DNA of 10,614 nucleotides from an uncultured bacterium. GTDB lineage: Bacteria > CSSED10-310 > CAZUFC01. Shown here in pieces: positions 1-6,755 of this stretch. Each line of letters opens with the position of its first letter. The stretch's first letter is position 1. The translations under genes were made by a program, and so were the position numbers. The notes beneath the pieces are model-generated. The model did not search any database. It was given only the letters and a program-made list of their open reading frames with translations, and was not told where the DNA came from. Location: the NCBI GenBank assembly GCA_964619725.1, contig CAZUFC010000205.1:1-10614 (forward strand), read 5' to 3'.

Positions 1-58
1 ATGCTTAATGGATTTTCTGTTGCCTTCAGGGCAACTTTTTTAACGAACTCTGAGAATA

Positions 59-1144
59 GTGGAACCCGTAATGAATCCCGATCTGGAGATCGGACGCCTG
101 CTGACTGAAACGATAAAATTTCCTAACACGCCCAAGGTGTTGGGAGCCCTGGAATATGAAACATCAAAAAGAGAGCCGGCAACTGTCGCTATTTTGGAGG
201 AATATGTGGAAAATGAAGGCGATGCCTGGAATTATACGCTGGATTATTTAAGTCGATTTTTTGAACGAGCGGCAGCAAAAACATCGGAGATAAAAAGCCG
301 GCCAAGGTTCACGGAGCCCTTGCCGGAATACCTGGATGACGAGCCCCCGGTCCTGGTCAGAGAACTCATGGGTCTTTATATGGATCAAATGAAATTGCTG
401 GGACAAAGAACTGCGGAATTGCATATCGCTCTGGCTTCAGGCGCCGGCGGACATGAATTTGCTCCTCAACCGTTCACCCATTTCTACCGTCAATCCCAGT
501 TCCAGGCAATGCGAAGCATTAACGTAGAAACTCTCCGTCTGTTAAATGAAAAAATACCTTATCTCAGAGAAACCACTAAAAAGCGCGCTGAAAAAGTTCT
601 CAGCCTGGAGTCGGACATTATCGACAAATTTCGCGATCTGCGCAACGCTCAGTTGACGGCTCAAAGGATCAGGATTCACGGCGATTACAGGCTGAGAAAA
701 GCCCTCTATACCGGCAAAGACTTTTTCATAGTGGATTTCCAAAGAGAACCCGGAAAAACTATCTCTGAAAGAAGAAACAAATCATCGGCCATACAGGATA
801 TCGCAGGAATGTTGCGATCCATACAATACGCTTCCTTTACAGCCATGTTCGATATCGCTGACAGCGCCTCCCCGCTCGACAAGGAAGATATGGAACCCTG
901 GAGAAAGCTATGGTACCGTTGGGCAGGCATTGCCTTTTTGAAGCAATATCTCACGGTAAGCGACAACGCTATCTTCATTCCCGAAAATCAGGAAGAGTTA
1001 CAGATACTGCTCGATGCCTACATCATGGAAAAAATGATATACGAATTAAGATACGAACTGAATAATCGTCCGGAATGGGCCGGAATTCCCCTGAGAGGCA
1101 TTATAGAGAACATGACCGACGGCATGACGACATCAGGAGAATGA
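59..1144 (+). CDS. Maltokinase (Mak/Pep2; TreS-associated, aminoglycoside-phosphotransferase fold)-like protein, 5'-incomplete, with degenerate catalytic motifs
   Basis: Translation contains Mak/Pep2 family signatures: NPDLEIGRLLTE, TPKVLGALEY, NEGDAWNY, LGQRTAELHIALAS, RIRIHGDY, DIAGMLRS, EKMIYELRYELNNRPEW. The frame is open from 44 and has an in-frame TAA at 41-43. The family N-terminal part is absent from this ORF. Confidence 0.85.
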   Translation: MEPVMNPDLEIGRLLTETIKFPNTPKVLGALEYETSKREPATVAILEEYVENEGDAWNYTLDYLSRFFERAAAKTSEIKSRPRFTEPLPEYLDDEPPVLVRELMGLYMDQMKLLGQRTAELHIALASGAGGHEFAPQPFTHFYRQSQFQAMRSINVETLRLLNEKIPYLRETTKKRAEKVLSLESDIIDKFRDLRNAQLTAQRIRIHGDYRLRKALYTGKDFFIVDFQREPGKTISERRNKSSAIQDIAGMLRSIQYASFTAMFDIADSASPLDKEDMEPWRKLWYRWAGIAFLKQYLTVSDNAIFIPENQEELQILLDAYIMEKMIYELRYELNNRPEWAGIPLRGIIENMTDGMTTSGE

Positions 1145-1145
1145 A

Positions 1146-1336
1146 GGCATTGATCAAATATCCGTGTTTGGCGGTTACAATTTTCGTTGCCTGGAACAAT
1201 TGATAATCTCTGGAAATTTTATAAAAAGAAAAAACATCTCCTCGAAATTATTTATTCCGATTGCGACAGCGATACCGACCCCGATTGCGATCCCGATTGC
1301 GACCCCGATTACTGATACAAATTGTAAGAAGTTTTG
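1146..1336 (+). repeat. Dispersed MITE-like repeat, copy A (hexamer core ~1257-1311; right end cut off by copy B)
   Basis: Starts aggcattgatcaaata...ggttacaatt, similar to 8023 and 1337; contains a CGAnnn tandem array; ends acaaattgtaagaagtttt, similar to the right part of copy B. Confidence 0.75.
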
Positions 1337-1530
1337 GCATTGATTAAAAAAGCGTCTTTTGAGGTTACAATTCGACAGAATCGTCTATCATTTTGTTTCG
1401 ATTTCGATCACGATTGCGATACCGATGCCGATACCGATTGCGATACCGACCCCGACCCCGATACCGATTGCGATACCGACACAAATTGTCAAAAGTTTTG
1501 AAAGAATTGTAACCCCGGTTTGATCAGTCC
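1337..1530 (+). repeat. Dispersed MITE-like repeat, copy B (most complete; hexamer core ~1398-1480)
   Basis: Left end ggcattgattaaa...ggttacaatt and right end aattgtaaccccggtttgatcagtcc are imperfect inverted repeats (ggttacaatt/aattgtaacc is exact); the core is a CGA(tac/ttg/ccc/tgc) array. Confidence 0.8.
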
Positions 1531-1608
1531 GCAATGTTCAACGCTTATTATACGAAGATGAAAAGACTGTAATGTGACTGGTGAATAAAGCCTTATCATT
1601 AAATAGCG

Positions 1609-1779
1609 TCAGTCTGCGGGCGATAGTTCATGGATTCCAGCGCTGCGGATATGGCTTCGACGGCTTGACGGTCGTGTTTTCAGGGCCGCTTCGAGTCTTG
1701 CGATCTGTTCGTTGCGTAATTCGCTGATCCACTCGTCATGTTTTTCCGGGTAAAGCGTCAGGGTATAGGAAAATTCAAA
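1609..1779 (-). pseudogene. Possible 3' remnant of an unknown gene (…SYTLTLYPEKHDEWISELRNEQIARLEAALK…)
   Basis: Protein-like reading frame; the start of the predicted ORF 1609..1821 lies inside repeat copy C, so a native start is not evident. Confidence 0.3.
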
Positions 1780-1875
1780 ACTGATCAAACCGGGGTTACG
1801 CTTTTTCAAAACTTTTGTCATTTTGTTGCAGTAATCGGGATCGCAATCGAAATAAAATGATGGGAAATTCTGCAG
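1780..1875 (-). repeat. Dispersed MITE-like repeat, copy C (inverted relative to B; short hexamer core)
   Basis: Reverse complement cagaatttcccatcattttatttcgattgcgatcccgatta…caaaagttttgaaaaagcgtaaccccggtttgatcagt aligns with 1376-1529. Confidence 0.8.
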
Positions 1876-1938
1876 GGATCAAGCGAAATTAAAAATAAGA
1901 CATTTATGTAAGGGACCGGGAGTCTAAAAACCAAGAAA

Positions 1939-2037
1939 TTCAAAAAATTTGAACTTATGCCTTCTTCCAAGCAACTGTTTTTATTATATTTCAAAAAAGG
2001 GATTCAAAAATTTTGAAAAAAGTTCAAAAAATTTGAC
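1939..2037. promoter_or_regulatory. Three 15-bp palindromic sites TTCAAA-N3-TTTGA(A/C); candidate upstream activator sites for a sigma54 enhancer-binding protein
   Basis: ttcaaaaaatttgaa 1939-1953, ttcaaaaattttgaa 2003-2017 and ttcaaaaaatttgac 2023-2037. Start-to-start spacings are 64 and 20 bp, and the sites lie about 100-180 bp upstream of the predicted start. Confidence 0.6.
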
Positions 2038-2072
2038 CCCCGTTTGCCGTTCAATATAATACGAATTAATAA

Positions 2073-2085
2073 AAACAATAACTTA
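2073..2085 (+). promoter_or_regulatory. IHF-like binding site
   Basis: aaacaataactta has one mismatch to WATCAANNNNTTR, has an AT-rich 5' flank, and lies between the palindromes and the -24/-12 box. Confidence 0.5.
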
Positions 2086-2101
2086 CGGTCCGACAATAAT
2101 G

Positions 2102-2117
2102 CGGCATGAATCCTGCT
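2102..2117 (+). promoter_or_regulatory. Sigma54 (RpoN) -24/-12 promoter
   Basis: cGGcatgaatcctGCt: GG at 2103-2104, exactly 10 nt, GC at 2115-2116; close to the consensus TGGCACGnnnnTTGCW. Confidence 0.7.
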
Positions 2118-2127
2118 TCAGGATAAT

Positions 2128-2405
2128 CGTCCGCTGCGGCCGCACGCAGATACTCTATGTCCGATAGGTTGGGTTAAGGGGGCGTATTCCGACCCGCCCA
2201 AAAGGGAAAGACTGCGCCCGTAAGAGAAGCAAGCCCGAAACCAATCGGGCGGGGGAGGGCCCGAATAAAGGGGGAGGTTCTTTTCCGCTGATTTTGTGCC
2301 TTGGGTGTTTTAATTCAAATAGCCCTGGGACTGCTACGTTGAATAAGTCGTTGAATCCGTGGCAGACCGCACAGGTGCGTAATTAGACTGCTGCCGCATT
2401 CAGAA
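2128..2405 (+). ncRNA. Candidate structured non-coding RNA, family not recognised
   Basis: GC-rich stretch without a credible ORF, directly downstream of the sigma54 box, with several stems (2134-2149, 2180-2219, 2233-2250, 2303-2325, 2359-2397). Boundaries are approximate. Confidence 0.5.
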
Positions 2406-2429
2406 GTGGTCGTGCTGGAGTCATCATAT

Positions 2430-2690
2430 TCATATTTTTTCATGAATTCCGATACGGAAAGCAAACGTCCCATAGCATATCAGATCGTCGTAAGAAAGCA
2501 TCTTTCCCAAAACTTTCAGAATGCGCGCCTGGATGGCGTAAAAGCTGCTGACATATTCGTCTGGGCTGAATCCTTTGACATTTTCGATTGTTACGCTTTC
2601 GGATGTGTTTTTGAGGGTCATCTTCAACTCTTTTTCCACTGCCCGACGCAGATAGAGCCTTTGCCGATAAGGAACAACAGGAAAAAATGT
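2430..2690 (-). pseudogene. Possible small gene or 3' gene remnant, unknown product
   Basis: ORF 2430..2639 (GTG start, no clear RBS). The frame stays open upstream to about 2690 (…PVVPYRQRLYLRRAVEKELKM…) and then hits a stop. Confidence 0.3.
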
Positions 2691-2761
2691 TTAGATTTGC
2701 ACGCCTGCAGCGATCATCTTTCATTATGACCCGATCCGGCGCCGACCAAAAATGGCCATGT

Positions 2762-2828
2762 CGGGGTTACAATTTTTCAGTTTGAATCCTCGGCGCTCGT
2801 GCTCAGCGCAACGGTAATCGTAATCGAA
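2762..2828. repeat. Fragment related to the MITE-like repeat (copy D)
   Basis: cggggttacaatt matches the terminal motif; it is followed by a degenerate 6-nt periodic tract (gctcgtgctcagcgcaacggtaatcgtaatcgaa). Confidence 0.45.
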
Positions 2829-2876
2829 CCATTGGTCTGATCTGTGCTGTCGTTTGAAAGCAAAGCAGGGCTATTA

Positions 2877-2910
2877 TTTGAATCGAGATTCGAGTTTATG
2901 GACAGGCACT
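2877..2910 (-). repeat. Second repeat family, half copy
   Basis: Exact 34-bp reverse complement of 10537-10570. Confidence 0.85.
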
Positions 2911-2949
2911 CGTTAGCCAAATCTTTCAGAAGAATCCGGCGCATTATTA

Positions 2950-3117
2950 TTAGAATGTGTTCCTTTCAGGAAAAAGTAATCCGCCTATAAGCAACATAAG
3001 AAGGACCAGCCCTGCGGCTGAAATGGCAGGCATGGGCAGATGTTGAATGACGGTCACTGCGGGCGTAGATGTTTTTTGTCCGGTATCGGTGGGTTCGGCG
3101 GCAAGGTGAGCAGCCGT
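2950..3117 (-). pseudogene. Orphan C-terminal fragment: Pro/Thr linker plus IPTL-CTERM-like membrane anchor
   Basis: Manual translation of a frame missing from the ORF track: *TAAHLAAEPTDTGQKTSTPAVTVIQHLPMPAISAAGLVLLMLLIGGLLFPERNTF*. It is bounded by stops and has no start upstream of the linker. Confidence 0.5.
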
Positions 3118-3247
3118 TCAGGGTTTTTAATTCATGCATCCAGCCTATGGTTGCGCTCTCAAAATCGTTTAATCCTGGTCCTTCGGCATGCGGGTTAGGG
3201 CTGCATGACATATCTGATCTTCTAACATCAGTTCAAGCCGGGCCAAC

Positions 3248-4853
3248 TCAATCGTTTTTCGTGACGAAAATGCCCAGGGAACCGTCGAATTTCCCTTTAA
3301 GCGGTTTAACTTCTTTTGATTTCATGACTCCAGAGCAAGGACCGAGGGCGGCATTAAACCGTGTTCCTTCTTTGGCGCGAAAGCCTTCCAGCAGGATCAC
3401 GCGATCGCCGGCTTTATATGTGACGCCTGTACCTTCTCCTCCTGTGATGATGCGTGTGGACTGAATTTCCTCTTCGGCTTCGTAATGCTGGAAGCCGGTA
3501 TAGTTGGGATTGCTGGGATCGTTTTGGGGTGTGAGATTGTGGGATACGGGGCAATGGGAGTAAGTATCCGATCTCCAGAGTCCGCGCCCGTAGGTACCTG
3601 CAGTGATAGAGTTATTCCTGATTTCCAGTTCAGTGACGATTACATTGGGCAATCCGTTCATAAAGGGAATCCAGTCGCCGATATTATTGTCCCTGTAGAA
3701 AACGCCGACGTCGATTCCCACATATATGCCGTCGGCGCTGCCTGTTTCGTAAGCGATGCAGTTGACGGGCAGATTGGGCAGCGATCCGGAAATATTCGTC
3801 CAGCTTGAGCCTGCATTGTTGGAGTAAAAAACTTTATTGCCGTCCTGATAACCAGAGAGTGTGACGAAAACTTCAGAAGAAGTATCAGGATTCACGGCTA
3901 TATAGGTGATAGATGAACCGACAGCAGCGGGGATGCCGGCGGTGACGTCCGTCCAGGAAACGGAAGCAGGATCGGCATTGATGTTGTTCGACATGAGGAG
4001 GGTCGTTCCATCTGATGCGTAAAACCTTCCCGTATTGTTTATGCCTTGAGCCATGGCGTCGAGGTTGTTGGGAATGCCTGAGTTAAGGCTGGCCCACGAG
4101 GTCCCTGAATCTGTTGAGCGGTAGACTTCGCTCCACCCTGCGAAAATAGTGGTTGAGTTTTGCGGATGCAGGTGAAAAGGGGTGAGCCAGGAGCCGCTTT
4201 CCCCGGAAGGTCGAATTTCGGTATTGGTATTGCCTTGATCCGTAGACCTTTTAAGGTTGCCGTATTGTGATTCAAAATAGACTATGTTGGAGTTATTCGG
4301 ATCGATGGCGCATTCGAAACCGTCGGCGCCCCATATATGCGTGAATGCGGAATCGGTCCAGACGTTGCTTCCCTGATCCTGCGTACCGCCCAGTACCAGG
4401 TTGGTTGAAGCATCGGTTCCGGCGATGCGGTAGAACTGGGTATTAACGAGTGTTGCGGAGATGTCTGTCCAGTTTTCCGCCTGGTCTGAGGATTTGAAAA
4501 CGCCGCCGTCGCTGCCGCAATAAAGAATACCAGCTTCCGTTTGAAGATAGAGCATCTCCTTTTTTATCCAGGTAGTCCTGCCATTCCAGCCAGGTTTTTG
4601 CGGTCCGGTTTACTATCGTGCCGTCGGGAAGAATCCGGTTCTGCATGATGAATTCCCATCGTTTGTATTGCTTGTACCCGGAACCCCTGCCCTTGAATTT
4701 ACCCATGAAATGCTGTTCAACTCTGTCTTGAATTTCTTTGAAGTCCTTCGTATCAACTTTTTGCCACAAGGAAAACGAAGAATCGGCGGCGAAAGAGTTT
4801 AATGCGCCGCAGAAAAGAAACGAGAAGAAGATCAGTATACAGAATATTTTCAT
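3248..4853 (-). pseudogene. Secreted BNR/Asp-box (VPS10/GH74-like) beta-propeller gene with a C-terminal '3-coathanger stack'-like domain, split into ORFs 4443..4853 and 3248..4555
   Basis: The 5' ORF has an RBS (gaaagga), a signal peptide and the family N-terminal motif KGRGSGYKQYKRWE. The 3' ORF has GSDGGVFKSSD, GGTQDQG, WGADGFEC, Asp-boxes (RSTDQG, RSTDSGTSW, SNNAGSSW), GLPNV, GTYGRGLWRS and YKAGDRVILLEGF. The frame changes near 4520-4530. Confidence 0.75.
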
Positions 4854-4886
4854 AATGAAGTCCTTTCGCTTGATTAGAATATGAAA

Positions 4887-6755
4887 TTAATGTTTCATTT
4901 CAGAATTTAAAGTTTTCAATCGGCATACTTCATCTTTCAGGACATTGATTTCCCTGGATTGCTGAATGGTATGCAGCGTCAGTATCTCGATCTGTTCCAG
5001 CAATTTGGCCTGCATAAAGCCCAACTGTATACCGCCATTTTCAACTTCTTGGGCCGAGGGAAGACCGGGAAGCCTGCCGTTTCGAGCGATGCATTTTTCC
5101 AGTTCACTAAGCGTAATGAGTTCATAATCATCTTTGAACACGTAATCCGGCCAGGCTGCGGAATTCTGTACCATGACTTCCTCACACATAATTTTTCCAT
5201 CGACTGACAGTTTATATCCTGTGGCGGTAGTCGTTGTACCGATGCCGACTTTTCCTTCAATGATCATCCCATCAACAGGCGCCGCCGTTCCGGCATAGGA
5301 GCTCCCGACAGAGAGTGAACCGTTGACGCTTAATTTGCTTCCCGGATTGTCTGTCCCTATTCCCACGCTTCCCGAACCGTCAGGAGCGTAGAGTCTTCCG
5401 TTATCGATTGAAATATGATCGGATATGGTTGAATCGGTATGAGTATGACTGTCGTTTATTACGATGAGGTTGTCGTATGGACCGGAGACGTCGCCTGAAA
5501 AACCTGTCGCGACGGTCAGGTCATTCGATGCATTTTTGTCCCATCCGTCGAATCCCGATCCGCTGATACTGCCGTTTACAGTCAATCCTGTACCGGTAAT
5601 AATTCCGGCCACATCCAATTTAGTGCTGGGATTGGTCGTTCCGATTCCGACCTTGCCGGTCCCGGAGGGCGCATAGAGCCTTCCGTTATCAATCGAGATA
5701 TTGTCGGCAATCCTGGAATCGGTATGATTATGACTGTCGTCGATAACCGTTATGGAATTATAAACTCCTGAAACATCCCCGGAAAACGCCGTCGTTGTCG
5801 TCAGATCATTCGACGCATTCGTATCCCAGGCGCTGAAGCCTTCACCCATCACAGCGCCGCTTATTGATAAACTGTCTCCGCAGATGAGTCCGACAACATC
5901 CAGTTTGGCGGCAGGGTAAGCCGTGCCGATGCCTAAATTACCGCCTTCTATCGTCAACGATTCGTCGCCAGTCAGGCGCAGGCGCATGTCATAATCCGAA
6001 ACGTCGTCATCAGAAAAATCAATATAAGCCGAACCTCCTCCGCTGCTCCTTATCTCCAGACCGGGATTCCCGTTCAGCTTGATCTGCGCCGTCCCTGCAA
6101 CTTCCAGTCTCGCAGTCGGACTTGTCGTTCCGATTCCCACATTCGCCGATCCGGGAGTCGTGTAAAGCGCTCCGTTATTTATCGTTATGCTGTCAGGAAC
6201 TTCGCTGTCACCGTCAGGCTGATCGTCGTCGGTTCCGCCGATGCTGTGGAAATCGTCCGAGCAGACAAGTTTTATATTGGCGAGAGTTGTAGGCCATATA
6301 CTGAGGTAGTTATGCCCATCTACCTTGTCGGCATCATTCGCCATTTCCGCCTGAAGCGCAAAACCGGCGCTGACGATTCGCTGATCAGGCGTCAGGCGCT
6401 GCATTCCCGTCGTTCCGTCCGTAAACCATATACGCAGAAAAAGATCGTCAGCGCTGAATATAGATGCCGGTATAGTCTCCATATCCTCACCAAGAATTAG
6501 GCTGTATAAACCACCGGTAACCGTCACCGCCACGTTCGTCGCAGGCGGCGTATTCCCGTCGTTCGACCAGTACTGTTCCGTTCCCGTTTCATTCACGATC
6601 GCAAAACGGAAATATCCTGTTCCTGTGAATTCCGCTCCGTCTACCTCGATCCGTCCCTGATAATTCATCATACCGGGTACAGCCCCCACGGAATCAAAAG
6701 ATGCCAGAATCGTAATAACAACCGTTAGACACTGTGCTATATACTCCCTCCTCAT
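4887..6755 (-). CDS. Secreted tail-fibre/adhesin-like protein (GxVGIGT repeats, C-terminal WPDYVF chaperone-like/coiled-coil domain)
   Basis: RBS aaaggag; signal peptide followed by VPGMMNYQG; five V/LGIGT repeats; DSHxH motifs; C-terminal KLSVDGKIMCEEV..WPDYVF..LPGLPSAQEV..KLLEQIEILTLHTIQQ and a coiled coil. Confidence 0.85.
   Translation of the reverse strand: MRREYIAQCLTVVITILASFDSVGAVPGMMNYQGRIEVDGAEFTGTGYFRFAIVNETGTEQYWSNDGNTPPATNVAVTVTGGLYSLILGEDMETIPASIFSADDLFLRIWFTDGTTGMQRLTPDQRIVSAGFALQAEMANDADKVDGHNYLSIWPTTLANIKLVCSDDFHSIGGTDDDQPDGDSEVPDSITINNGALYTTPGSANVGIGTTSPTARLEVAGTAQIKLNGNPGLEIRSSGGGSAYIDFSDDDVSDYDMRLRLTGDESLTIEGGNLGIGTAYPAAKLDVVGLICGDSLSISGAVMGEGFSAWDTNASNDLTTTTAFSGDVSGVYNSITVIDDSHNHTDSRIADNISIDNGRLYAPSGTGKVGIGTTNPSTKLDVAGIITGTGLTVNGSISGSGFDGWDKNASNDLTVATGFSGDVSGPYDNLIVINDSHTHTDSTISDHISIDNGRLYAPDGSGSVGIGTDNPGSKLSVNGSLSVGSSYAGTAAPVDGMIIEGKVGIGTTTTATGYKLSVDGKIMCEEVMVQNSAAWPDYVFKDDYELITLSELEKCIARNGRLPGLPSAQEVENGGIQLGFMQAKLLEQIEILTLHTIQQSREINVLKDEVCRLKTLNSEMKH
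5320..5828 (-). repeat. Intragenic tandem duplication with a 285-nt (95-aa) period
   Basis: WDTNASNDLT..FSGDVSG..DDSHNHTDS..ISIDNGRLYAP..VGIGT is repeated as WDKNASNDLT..FSGDVSG..NDSHTHTDS..ISIDNGRLYAP..VGIGT. The Trp codons are at 5826-5828 and 5541-5543. Confidence 0.9.

Noticed and set aside
1257-1480. CRISPR array interpretation of the repeats
   Set aside because: The period is 6 nt, there are no unique spacers, and no cas genes are present.
2200-2250. SRP RNA or cobalamin riboswitch similarity (gggaa, gaagca)
   Set aside because: Only short words match; the SRP helix-8 and B12-box contexts are missing.
2098-2400. Retron msr/msd or DGR template
   Set aside because: No reverse transcriptase is present in the window, and I saw no repeat pair with adenine-specific differences.
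2406-2729. Plus-strand 107-aa ORF as the target of the sigma54 promoter
   Set aside because: GTG start without an RBS, atypical composition, and it is antisense to a more protein-like frame. Not fully excluded.
5320-5828. DGR template/variable repeat pair
   Set aside because: This is an in-frame protein duplication whose differences are not limited to adenines.
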